A DNA stretch of 64,000 nucleotides from Bacteriovoracaceae bacterium (lineage in GTDB: Bacteria; Bdellovibrionota; Bacteriovoracia; Bacteriovoracales; Bacteriovoracaceae). Location: contig JBLWTJ010000001.1 in the NCBI GenBank assembly GCA_048270185.1, forward strand, positions 1,344,001-1,408,000, read 5' to 3'. The translations under genes were made by a program, and so were the position numbers. The notes beneath the pieces are model-generated. The model was not told the DNA's origin. It did not search any database and worked only from the letters and a program-made list of their open reading frames with translations. Positions 10,142-18,889 of the stretch are shown piece by piece (position 1 is the stretch's first letter; each line of letters opens with the position of its first letter).

Positions 10142-10900
10142 TTGAATTTGAAGTTAAAACTCCTCACGATTATTTTTGTGGCCTTCACGACGACGGCCGG
10201 TTACTACCCTGAAAACTTTAAAACAGAAATTGCAAACGACCTCTTAAAAAACGAAAACCTCCGCACAGAACTTCAGATCATCATTAGTCATGGACAGAAA
10301 AAGAATGGCTATGGTGAGGCTAAGAAATACCTTTTTAATGAACTACATTTAAAGAAAGATAATGCTAATCACCCATATGTTCGCGGCGTATACTGTGACA
10401 AGATTTTCACAGAATCAACACCAGATATTGGTAAGCTTGGTAGTGGACGAATTCCTAATCACCAAGTAGTAAACTGTGAGCACACTTGGCCACAATCTCG
10501 CTTTGTTCGTGGATATGATTCTAAATTACAAAAGGGAGATCTTCACCACCTCTTCCCGACTGACTCAAAAGCAAATAGCACAAGAAGCTCAAATGATTTT
10601 GGAGAAGTACCAAACGGTAAGAATGCGACGAAGTCATGTTCAGCATCACATTCAGATGGACGCTACTTCGAGCCACCAAACTTCCATAAAGGAAATGTTG
10701 CTCGTGCAATGTTCTACTTTGCTGTTCGCTACAATGGATCAATTAATTCAAGAATGGAAAAATACCTACGTAAGTGGCATGAAGAAGATCCAGTGGATCA
10801 AGAAGAAATCGAAAGAAATGATGCAATTGAAAGAATTCAACACAATAGAAATCCTTTCATCGATTACCCGGAACTAGTTTCAAAAATCAAAGATTTCTAG
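10142..10900 (+). CDS. Secreted endonuclease I family nuclease, copy 2
   Basis: NCEHTWPQS, DLHHLFPTD, KGNVARAMFYF, QHNRNPFID. Confidence 0.9.
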   Translation: MNLKLKLLTIIFVAFTTTAGYYPENFKTEIANDLLKNENLRTELQIIISHGQKKNGYGEAKKYLFNELHLKKDNANHPYVRGVYCDKIFTESTPDIGKLGSGRIPNHQVVNCEHTWPQSRFVRGYDSKLQKGDLHHLFPTDSKANSTRSSNDFGEVPNGKNATKSCSASHSDGRYFEPPNFHKGNVARAMFYFAVRYNGSINSRMEKYLRKWHEEDPVDQEEIERNDAIERIQHNRNPFIDYPELVSKIKDF

Positions 10901-11014
10901 AACCTTTTCTACCTTCTGGCGGCCTATCTCATTTAGGCCGTCAAAATATACTGTCGCAACAGCAGCATTCGCAAGAGTCACAACAACCCCAAGAAAGAAT
11001 AAAAACTTAACCAT
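10880..11014 (-). CDS. Small 44-aa hydrophobic protein (not in the ORF track)
   Basis: AAGGAGG SD 5 nt before ATG at 11014; MVKFLFFLGVVVTLANAAVATVYFDGLNEIGRQKVEKVLEIFDF*. Confidence 0.6.
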   Translation of the reverse strand: MVKFLFFLGVVVTLANAAVATVYFDGLNEIGRQKVEKVLEIFDF

Positions 11015-11127
11015 GTAAGCCTCCTTGCTTATTAAACGGTAACATTGGGACTAAGTTATCTCAAATTCTATTTGATTAAGATTGTGTGAAGATAGAAATT
11101 TAAAGAAAATAGGAGTATAAAGTCTAT

Positions 11128-11850
11128 ATGTTCCAATTCATTAAAAACTTCATTAATCACCAAAGATTTAATACTAAGGCCAAAGTTGCTTTCACTAATT
11201 TCTACCGATTCGCTAAAGAATCACAGACATTTCGAGAGTATTGCAAACAAGTCCACGGCATTGATTGCTTCATGCAAAATAATGTCTCAAAAGCTCAATT
11301 TAAGGCCATCACAAAGAACTTTAGTGAAGGACAACAAGTACTTGATATTGGCTGCGGAACAGGCCATTTAACGTCTTACTTAGCTAGTGAATATAAGCTA
11401 AAGGCCAATGGTGTGGATCTGGTTGCCAGCGATGAAAAATTCAAAGAAGCTAATTTTGAAATTACTTCTCTTGGAGAGAATCGCTACGATCTTGCTGTTT
11501 CATTTGACGGCTTCTATATGCTCAATGACCTCAAAAAGACTTTAGAGAAGATTAAGAAGTCTCTAAAGCCAGGAGGAAAATTTATTCTAACTTATACTAC
11601 AAGCAAAGACTTTACGAAGACTAAGCTAGGAAAGATTCTAAAAAACGAAAAGTATGAAATAAAAGACTTCACCCAAGATGATGCAAAATTTAACCTCGAG
11701 GCCAAGAGAGTCCTTGAAAAGTTAGAGCCTAAATTCGTTGAAGAAGGCAATATCTCAACATACCGAACAAAGTATCATGAGATAGCAAAGAATGTTGAGG
11801 CCCATGAATCAAAAGCGATGAAGAGATACCTCGTAACTATTTCTAAGTAG
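11128..11850 (+). CDS. Class I SAM-dependent methyltransferase
   Basis: VLDIGCGTG, LKPGGKF motifs; AGGAG upstream. Confidence 0.85.
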   Translation: MFQFIKNFINHQRFNTKAKVAFTNFYRFAKESQTFREYCKQVHGIDCFMQNNVSKAQFKAITKNFSEGQQVLDIGCGTGHLTSYLASEYKLKANGVDLVASDEKFKEANFEITSLGENRYDLAVSFDGFYMLNDLKKTLEKIKKSLKPGGKFILTYTTSKDFTKTKLGKILKNEKYEIKDFTQDDAKFNLEAKRVLEKLEPKFVEEGNISTYRTKYHEIAKNVEAHESKAMKRYLVTISK

Positions 11851-11943
11851 TTAGCAAATTTTATTGTAGGCCAAAAGTTTTCTTTGTTAAGACTTTGTGA
11901 ACTCGTTTTACTTTGAGCTCCTGGCTTTTTATAGTTTTAAACT

Positions 11944-12564
11944 ATGAAGAACCTCACCCTTATTTTTCTCGTCATCTTTTTAACCTTTAAAACATTTGGT
12001 GCTAGAGCTGCTGAAATCAAGGGCATCAAGATCTCTAGTCATGTCAATGAGTTCTCTGTCATCGACTCAAAGTATGCAAGGGAGATTTTTCTAGGCCTCC
12101 CCGTCAGAAACACTCCCTCTTCGGTTGTGGGAGATCGCATCTTTCGCCATCACAAGTACTTCTTCTGTGTACGTGAACCTGATCACAGATTTCACTGTCA
12201 CTTATACTTAAATGGAATTGGAGAGGGTGAACTCTCTGCATTTGATACTGATACCGATTTTGGAAAAGGTTCAGTAGTTGAATTCTTAACGACGGTTAAG
12301 GCAAATGGTAAAGCAGATATAAGCTTTGATAAGAATATATTAAAAATCAAATTTGACGGAGCTCTGGCCAGAAGGTTCTGGCAAAAACTTGACCTCATTG
12401 CCGATGATTACCACACGATAGGAAATAAAAAATATGAGGTAAGAAAAGGAAAACACCTTAACTGCTATATCGAGAAGAATGAGAAAAAAGATCACTATCG
12501 CTGCCAATTTAACGTTAAAATAAATACTGATAAAACAGAATTTGAAACTAATGAATTAAACTAG
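11944..12564 (+). CDS. Secreted hypothetical protein
   Basis: Signal peptide; two similar C-x(8-12)-C beta-hairpin segments. Confidence 0.65.
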   Translation: MKNLTLIFLVIFLTFKTFGARAAEIKGIKISSHVNEFSVIDSKYAREIFLGLPVRNTPSSVVGDRIFRHHKYFFCVREPDHRFHCHLYLNGIGEGELSAFDTDTDFGKGSVVEFLTTVKANGKADISFDKNILKIKFDGALARRFWQKLDLIADDYHTIGNKKYEVRKGKHLNCYIEKNEKKDHYRCQFNVKINTDKTEFETNELN

Positions 12565-12572
12565 AGGGCTTT

Positions 12573-13145
12573 ATGAAATTAATTGGTTCAACGACATCAC
12601 CTTACGTAAGAAAAGTTAGATTAGTTCTCCATGATCTTGGAATTCCTTTTGAATTAGAACAAGTTAGTGCACTTGCACCGGAAAGTGCTAGTAAGCTTGA
12701 GGCCATCAATGCCGCAAGAAGGGTTCCTATTCTAGAAACAGAAGATGGAATTATTTTTGATTCAACTATTATCTGTGAATACTTACTTGCTAAACAAGGC
12801 AAGGAGATTGACCTTAGTACAAAACTTAATCTACGTCTCATTGATGAACTTTGTGATTCGGCCATCCTCCTCTACCAACAAAAGCTTTGGAACTCTGATA
12901 AAAACTGGGAAACGAAATTTTCTAAGAATCAACTAAGTCGCGTAACTAGCGTTCTTAATGGACTTGAAAGTAAAGTTGCTAATAATGATTTAAATCAGAT
13001 GGAGAAAGATTGGCTTCTATGTGTTTTAGATTGGATAACTTTTAGAGATTTCTTTAATTGGAGTATTGATCATAAGGCATTAGATAAGTTTCACAAGAGT
13101 CACAAATCCCAGGAACGCTATCTTTCAACTTCACCACACCTATAA
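12573..13145 (+). CDS. Glutathione S-transferase family protein
   Basis: TSPYVRKVR, VPIL, IFDSTIICEYL. Confidence 0.88.
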   Translation: MKLIGSTTSPYVRKVRLVLHDLGIPFELEQVSALAPESASKLEAINAARRVPILETEDGIIFDSTIICEYLLAKQGKEIDLSTKLNLRLIDELCDSAILLYQQKLWNSDKNWETKFSKNQLSRVTSVLNGLESKVANNDLNQMEKDWLLCVLDWITFRDFFNWSIDHKALDKFHKSHKSQERYLSTSPHL

Positions 13146-13170
13146 AAAAAGGCCCTTTTAAAGGGCCTTT
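13144..13170. terminator. Bidirectional terminator between GST and E2
   Basis: A7-GGCCCTTT-TA-AAGGGCC-TTT hairpin between convergent genes. Confidence 0.75.
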
Positions 13171-13185
13171 CATCAAATAAATAGA

Positions 13186-14814
13186 TTAGAATAATTGTGA
13201 CCAATCAGTCGTTTGAAGAGTGTTGATAACATGTCTAAGGAACTTAGATCCGATCTCACCATCAATTAGTCTGTGGTCATAAGTGTGAGTTGCATACATC
13301 ATCTGACGAATTGCAATTGCATCATCTTCAGTAACAATTGGACGCTTCTTCATTGTACCAACGCAGAAGATACCAAGTTGTGGTTGAAGGATAACTGGAG
13401 TTGCCATTAGGATTCCAAAAGATCCGTTATTTGTGAAAGTATAAGTTCCACCTGACATATCATCCATCGTTAGCTTCTTAGCTCTTGCCTTTTGAACAAG
13501 CTCGTCTAGCTTTCTAGCAATTCCTCTAATATTTAAATTATCTGCACCCTTGATAACAGGAACAACAAGTCCGTTACCAGGAACAGCTACCGCACAACCA
13601 AGGTTGATATCTTTCTTCATGTGAATTTCATCACCAACAATTGAAGAGTTTACCATTGGGAATTCTTTAAGCGCTTGAACGAGAGCATAAAGAATGAAGT
13701 GCGTATAAGTTAGAGAGAAACCTTCTTCTTTTTTGAATTGGTTTTTAAATGTTTCTCTAAACTTAAATAGGTTTGTCATATCAACTTCATCCATCGAGTT
13801 AACGTGTGGAGAAGTCATTTTAGAAGCGATCATATTCTTAGCAATCGCTTTTCTCATATTATCCATTTGGATAACTTCAACACGTCCACTAGTTGTTGAT
13901 GGAACAGAAGCTGGAGCTGGCGCTGCTTTTGGAGCTGGTGCCGCTGCTGGAGCAGGAGCTGAAGTTGTTGAAGCAGGTGCTGCTCCTCTATTATTTAGGA
14001 AGTTCATGAAGTCGGCTTTGTTAACACGTCCGCCTGCTCCACTTCCTGAAAGGTGTGCTAATTCATTAAGATCAACACCGTGTTTCGCTGCTAGTGTTCT
14101 AACAAGTGGAGTATAGAAACGACGACCTGCTGGAGCTGAAGCTGCTGCCGGAGCTGCTGCAACTGCCGCCGCTGGAGCCGCTGCTGCTGGAGCACTTGCT
14201 ACTGCAGCCGTTGTTGTCGCTGCCGCACCAAATGCTTTTGATGTATCAGTTTCAATTGCTGCGATTTTAATTCCAACGTCAATTGTCTCACCTTCTTCAA
14301 AGAGAATTTGCTCAACACGACCAGCATACGGAGATGGAATCTCTGATTCAACTTTATCAGTCGAGATTTCAAGTAGTATTTCATCGATTTCGATCATATC
14401 ACCTGGTTGCTTGTGCCACTTAGTGATTGTACCGTTTGTGATTGATTCACCCATTTGAGGCATAACAACATCTTCAAGTGTATCAGAAGAAGCTGTCGCT
14501 GCCGGAGCAGGTGCTGGTGTTGCTGCCGGAGCAGGTGCTGCCGCTGCCGCAGGAGCTGAAGAAACAGCCGCATTAGCATCATCATCAATTGCTGCGATTT
14601 TTACACCAACATCAATTGTCTCACCTTCTTCGAAAAGAATCTCAACGATCTTTCCAGAAAATGGAGAAGGGATTTCAGATTCAACTTTATCAGTCGAAAT
14701 CTCAAGTAGGATTTCATCAATCTCAATCGTGTCACCAACTTGCTTGTGCCACTTTGTGATCGTTCCGTTTGTAATAGACTCACCCATTTGTGGCATTACG
14801 ATATCATTTTTCAT
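13186..14814 (-). CDS. 2-oxoacid dehydrogenase E2 (dihydrolipoamide acyltransferase, SucB/PdhC-like) with two lipoyl domains
   Basis: Two MPQMGESITNGTI...EISTDKV lipoyl domains, Ala/Pro linkers, E3-binding GSGAGGRV, catalytic DHRLIDG. Confidence 0.92.
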   Translation of the reverse strand: MKNDIVMPQMGESITNGTITKWHKQVGDTIEIDEILLEISTDKVESEIPSPFSGKIVEILFEEGETIDVGVKIAAIDDDANAAVSSAPAAAAAPAPAATPAPAPAATASSDTLEDVVMPQMGESITNGTITKWHKQPGDMIEIDEILLEISTDKVESEIPSPYAGRVEQILFEEGETIDVGIKIAAIETDTSKAFGAAATTTAAVASAPAAAAPAAAVAAAPAAASAPAGRRFYTPLVRTLAAKHGVDLNELAHLSGSGAGGRVNKADFMNFLNNRGAAPASTTSAPAPAAAPAPKAAPAPASVPSTTSGRVEVIQMDNMRKAIAKNMIASKMTSPHVNSMDEVDMTNLFKFRETFKNQFKKEEGFSLTYTHFILYALVQALKEFPMVNSSIVGDEIHMKKDINLGCAVAVPGNGLVVPVIKGADNLNIRGIARKLDELVQKARAKKLTMDDMSGGTYTFTNNGSFGILMATPVILQPQLGIFCVGTMKKRPIVTEDDAIAIRQMMYATHTYDHRLIDGEIGSKFLRHVINTLQTTDWSQLF

Positions 14815-14835
14815 ATTCAGTCCTTATATATTTAA

Positions 14836-16224
14836 TTAAAAGTTGATTGATCTACCTTTAGCGTTTAACACAGACTCAGCTAGGAATTCTCCTAGAGTTG
14901 GGTGTGGGTGAATTGTTGCAAACATTTCTTCATCAACACCTTCCATTTGTCTAAATAGTACAAATTCGTGAATTAACTCTGTTGCATGAGTTCCAACAAT
15001 GTGAGCACCAAGCATTTCTCCATCTTCACCCATAAGAGTTTTAACAAACCCTTCAGTTTCATTAGAGGCCATTGCTTTCCCATTTGCTGAGAATGGTACC
15101 TTACCTACTGAGTATTTAATTCCTTGTTCTTTAAGGGCTTTTTCAGTGTAACCAACAGATGCAACTTGTGGCTGACAGTAAGTACAACCAGCAACATTCA
15201 TCTTATCTAATGGATGTGGGTGAAGTCCCGCAATCGCTTCAGCAGCAATAATACCTTCGTGAGAAGCTGCGTGTGCTAGAAGAGGTGGACCTGCAAGGTC
15301 ACCAATAGCATAGATATTTGGTACATTTGTTTGATAAGTATCGTTAACAACAACGAAACCACGATCTGTCTGAACACCAACAGTTTCAAGACCGATACCT
15401 TCGATATTACCAGTCATACCAACAGCGATAAGACCCATATCAAATGTGTGCTCAGTTGTTTGACCACCTTTTACTTCAGTAATTGTTACATTACTTCCGT
15501 TATTTCTAGCAGATACTTTTTCGACACCAAGTGACTGCTTGATTCCATACTTCTTATAAGCTTTCTCAACAACTTTAGAAGATTCTTCATCTTCGATTGG
15601 AAGTAGATGCTTTTGAAGTTCAAAGATATGAACATCAACACCAAATGCATTCCAGAAGTAAGCAAACTCAACACCGATAGCACCAGCTCCGATGATCCCG
15701 ATTGACTTTGGAAGCTCTTCCATTTTAATCGCTTCCCAAGCTCCGATAAGTCTCTTTCCATCGTGCTCAAGGCCAGGGAAAGAACGATAGTGAGCACCAG
15801 TTGCAAGGATAATATTAGTCCCTTCAATTGTCTCAGTATGTCCACGAGTTGAAAGTACTTCAACTTGTGTGTTTGAACGAAGCTTACCGTAACCTTCGAT
15901 CACTTCAATTTTGTTCTTCTTCATTAGGTAAGCAACACCACCAGAAATCTTTGCAGAAATTCCTTTAGCGCGTTTAACGGCCTTACCACCGTCTAAACCC
16001 TTAAGTTCAACATCAATTCCAAGATCTTTCATCTCAGCAATTTCGTGTACACTGTGAGCAGCTTTTAGAACTGCTTTCGTTGGGATACAACCACGGTTAA
16101 GACAAACACCACCAAGTTCTTTACTTTCAACGATAGCAGTCTTTTTCCCTAGTTGTGCGGCACGGATAGCAGCGACATAGCCACCAGGTCCAGAACCAAT
16201 AACAATAACATCAAATTTCTTCAT
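14836..16224 (-). CDS. lpdA: Dihydrolipoamide dehydrogenase (E3)
   Basis: IGSGPGGY, GGVCLNRGCIPTK, IGAGAIGVE, HPHPTLGE. Confidence 0.96.
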   Translation of the reverse strand: MKKFDVIVIGSGPGGYVAAIRAAQLGKKTAIVESKELGGVCLNRGCIPTKAVLKAAHSVHEIAEMKDLGIDVELKGLDGGKAVKRAKGISAKISGGVAYLMKKNKIEVIEGYGKLRSNTQVEVLSTRGHTETIEGTNIILATGAHYRSFPGLEHDGKRLIGAWEAIKMEELPKSIGIIGAGAIGVEFAYFWNAFGVDVHIFELQKHLLPIEDEESSKVVEKAYKKYGIKQSLGVEKVSARNNGSNVTITEVKGGQTTEHTFDMGLIAVGMTGNIEGIGLETVGVQTDRGFVVVNDTYQTNVPNIYAIGDLAGPPLLAHAASHEGIIAAEAIAGLHPHPLDKMNVAGCTYCQPQVASVGYTEKALKEQGIKYSVGKVPFSANGKAMASNETEGFVKTLMGEDGEMLGAHIVGTHATELIHEFVLFRQMEGVDEEMFATIHPHPTLGEFLAESVLNAKGRSINF

Positions 16225-16456
16225 AAAAATATTTCCTCAAACTATTGACCATAAGGCCTATAATCAGTAATAAAAGTTAAGATTTAAGGTTCTTCAACGT
16301 ACTAAAATTATTTAAAATTGGCATGACACGTTGCCACGATCTGTTAATATTTACAAATCGTTGTAACCCTCCTCTACAAGCCAGCTTAAAGGGTTTACTA
16401 TCAATTTTACACAGAGCGAAATTAAAAATATCAATAAGTATTTCCCTGAAGGCCTT

Positions 16457-17251
16457 GTGGCCCTTGATTTAGAGACTTCAGGACTTTCTCCTTTAGTTGA
16501 CGAAATCATCGAGATTGCGGCTATTAAAGTCATAGGCAACAAAATAGAAACTTTTGAGACACTGATAAGGCCCAAAAACCCAATTCCACAATTTACAACA
16601 GATATTCATGGAATCACTGACGAAATGGTCAAGGATTCACCGGCCCTTGAAGACAAGCTTCCAGAGTTTCTAAATTTCATAGGAAATCATACACTTGTGG
16701 CCCATAATGCTAAATTTGATATTGGCTTTATTGTCTTCGGAATGCATAAACAGAACCTTGAGTTCCATAAAGCGAAAGTTTATTGCTCTTGTAAGCTTTC
16801 AAGAAAGTACGTCAAAGGTAGCGAGAACCACAAATTATCGACTCTGTGCAAGCACTTTGATATTCCACTGGAGAATCACCACCGTGCCCTCGATGATACC
16901 TATGCCTGCCTACGTGTCTTTGCCAAAACACTGGATAATGTAAAATCAAATCGCCAACTCAAAGAAGGCGAGATCTCAAACATCCAAGACTATAAGAAGG
17001 CCCGTATGAGTGAGGCCCCTGAACAGATTCAGGCCCTACAAAAATATATCGCAAAGCAAGAGATTATTGATATCAAATACAAGGGTGGAAGCTATAAGGG
17101 TAAGTTTAGACCAATAAAACCTGTTGCCCTACTCCCAATGCCGGCCGGAGATGTTCTCTATGCCCATTGCCTACTTACAGATATCTACAAATCATTTGCA
17201 ATTAAAAAGATCCAAGAAATTCGAGATCATGTTGAAAATGACGAGAAGTAG
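16457..17251 (+). CDS. DEDDh 3'-5' exonuclease (DnaQ-like) with C-terminal WYL-like domain; true start may be upstream
   Basis: DLETSG, VAHNAKFD, HHRALDD; C-terminus IKYKGG...RPIKP...LYAHC...SFAIKKI resembles WYL. Confidence 0.85.
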   Translation: MALDLETSGLSPLVDEIIEIAAIKVIGNKIETFETLIRPKNPIPQFTTDIHGITDEMVKDSPALEDKLPEFLNFIGNHTLVAHNAKFDIGFIVFGMHKQNLEFHKAKVYCSCKLSRKYVKGSENHKLSTLCKHFDIPLENHHRALDDTYACLRVFAKTLDNVKSNRQLKEGEISNIQDYKKARMSEAPEQIQALQKYIAKQEIIDIKYKGGSYKGKFRPIKPVALLPMPAGDVLYAHCLLTDIYKSFAIKKIQEIRDHVENDEK

Positions 17252-17266
17252 TTATATAAAAGCGTC

Positions 17267-17509
17267 ATGCTAGCCGGAAAACCACTCTCATATAAAATCC
17301 AATTCGTTGTGATCTTCATTATTCACATAATCCTTCTCTATTGGATTTATTGGTTACTTCAAAATACTGGCGTTCTATCAACGACAGAAGTTATGCTTCA
17401 CTTTACAGGTATTGCAATTTACGGAGCCTCACTTATTAGAGGTTGTGCAGCCTGGGCCAAGTGGCATCACTTAAATGACCTCAAAAAAAATAATAACGAC
17501 AAAGAATAA
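17267..17509 (+). CDS. Small two-TM membrane protein
   Basis: 80 aa with two hydrophobic segments; stop overlaps the next start. Confidence 0.65.
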   Translation: MLAGKPLSYKIQFVVIFIIHIILLYWIYWLLQNTGVLSTTEVMLHFTGIAIYGASLIRGCAAWAKWHHLNDLKKNNNDKE

Positions 17510-18438
17510 TGAGAACAGGTCTAAAGAATACCGATCAAATTAATGAATTCTTTGGTCTTAATTTAGAACCATCTCCTTTTGAAATCTTTATCCCCGATCA
17601 TATTAATGAGATTATTAGAAAAGAAGGATTTGATGGCATTCATGCCAAACAATTTCTTCCATCAAATATTGAACTTAGACAAGAAGGTCTTGAAGATCCA
17701 ATTGGAGATCAAGAGAAGTATGTCGCTCCACAATTAATCCACAGATATGACAATCGAGTTCTTTTTACTCCGACGACAATCTGTCCGGTTATCTGCCGTT
17801 ATTGTTTTAGAAAGAATGAGTTAAGTAGCAAGCATGAAATTTTTAAGGCCGACTTTGAGAAAGTCATCGCCTACTTAAAGTCTCACACAGAGATTAATGA
17901 GATTATCTTCTCGGGTGGCGATCCATTCATGTTGTCTGCTTCTAAAATCGATTTCTACTTAAATGAATTTAGTAAATTAGAGCATATTAAATTCATCCGC
18001 TTTCACACGAGAACTCCGGCCTCTCTTCCAAATTATATTGGTAAGGAACTAATCGAAGTTCTCAAGATTTATAAAAAAGTTTTTAACGATATTAATATTG
18101 TTATTCACATCAATCACAAAGATGAAATAACAAGTGATGTTAGAGATTGTATCGCAAGACTAGGAAGACACTTTCCACTGCTATCCCAATCAGTTCTCTT
18201 AAAAAGTGTGAATGATAATGTCGAAGATTTAAGTGATCTTATCTATTCTTTGCATGAGCTAGGTATTAGACCTTACTACCTTCATCATCCCGATCAGGCC
18301 AAGGGTGCCATGCACTTCTACTTATCACTTAGTGAAGGAAGACAAATCTATCAAAAACTTCGTCGCCAAGTTCCAGGCTGGCTTCTTCCTCAATATATTT
18401 TAGATTCTCCTGATGGCTCCGGTAAAAGAAATCCTTAA
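17509..18438 (+). CDS. epmB: KamA-family radical SAM enzyme (lysine 2,3-aminomutase, EpmB-like)
   Basis: HRYDNRVL, CPVICRYCFRK, SGGDP, RFHTR, QSVLLKSVND, PYYLH. Confidence 0.8.
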   Translation: MRTGLKNTDQINEFFGLNLEPSPFEIFIPDHINEIIRKEGFDGIHAKQFLPSNIELRQEGLEDPIGDQEKYVAPQLIHRYDNRVLFTPTTICPVICRYCFRKNELSSKHEIFKADFEKVIAYLKSHTEINEIIFSGGDPFMLSASKIDFYLNEFSKLEHIKFIRFHTRTPASLPNYIGKELIEVLKIYKKVFNDINIVIHINHKDEITSDVRDCIARLGRHFPLLSQSVLLKSVNDNVEDLSDLIYSLHELGIRPYYLHHPDQAKGAMHFYLSLSEGRQIYQKLRRQVPGWLLPQYILDSPDGSGKRNP

Positions 18439-18475
18439 AAAGACAGGGGATTGCCATTTTTTTAACTTGTGACTA

Positions 18476-18504
18476 TTGACAAGTTTTTATCTCAGCAATA
18501 TATT
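18476..18504 (+). promoter_or_regulatory. Sigma70 promoter of tRNA-Gly
   Basis: TTGACA-N17-TATATT. Confidence 0.7.
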
Positions 18505-18521
18505 TCTTCTCACTCAAATAC

Positions 18522-18597
18522 GCGCGTGTATCTCAGTTGGTAGAGAGCTGCCTTGCCATGGCAGATGTCGCAAGTTCGAACCTTGTCACGCGCTCCA
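18522..18597 (+). tRNA. tRNA-Gly(GCC)
   Basis: 76-nt cloverleaf: acceptor GCGCGTG/CACGCGC, anticodon arm CTGCC-TTGCCAT-GGCAG, T-loop TTCGAAC, U73-CCA. Confidence 0.97.
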
Positions 18598-18792
18598 CTT
18601 TTCTCATTTTTGATATTACAGACTCGTCGAAGATACGCAGCGCTGACGCTTGCTAATCATGCTGAACGCTCGCGCGTTCAGTATCACGCGCTCCACTTTT
18701 CTCATTTTTGATATTACAGACTCGTCGAAGATACGCAGCGCTGACGCTTGCTAATCATGCTGAACGCTCGCGCATTCAGTATCACGCGCTCC
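18586..18792 (+). repeat. 98-bp tandem repeat (2 units + 11 bp) starting in the tRNA-Gly 3' end
   Basis: TCACGCGCTCC starts at 18586, 18684 and 18782; the two units differ by one G>A substitution. Confidence 0.95.
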
Positions 18793-18826
18793 TTGCACTA
18801 AAAAAAATGGTGGTATTTGCGTTCTT

Positions 18827-18882
18827 CGAACGCGCGGGACTTCGTCCCTTATGTGGTGCGAACGCGCGGGGCTTTCGCCCCT
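18827..18882. repeat. Pair of GC-rich REP-like hairpin repeats
   Basis: CGAACGCGC-GGGAC-TTC-GTCCC-T at 18827 and CGAACGCGC-GGGGC-TTTC-GCCCC-T at 18859. Confidence 0.75.
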
Positions 18883-18889
18883 AGGTTCT

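Noticed and set aside
14270..14810. Long direct repeat inside the E2 gene
   Set aside because: Explained by the two lipoyl domains.
16319..16340. Sigma54 promoter upstream of lpdA or the exonuclease
   Set aside because: GG-to-GC spacing is 11 rather than the required 10 on both strands.
18586..18882. CRISPR array
   Set aside because: Units are 98-bp near-identical tandem copies with no unique spacers, and there are no cas genes in the window.
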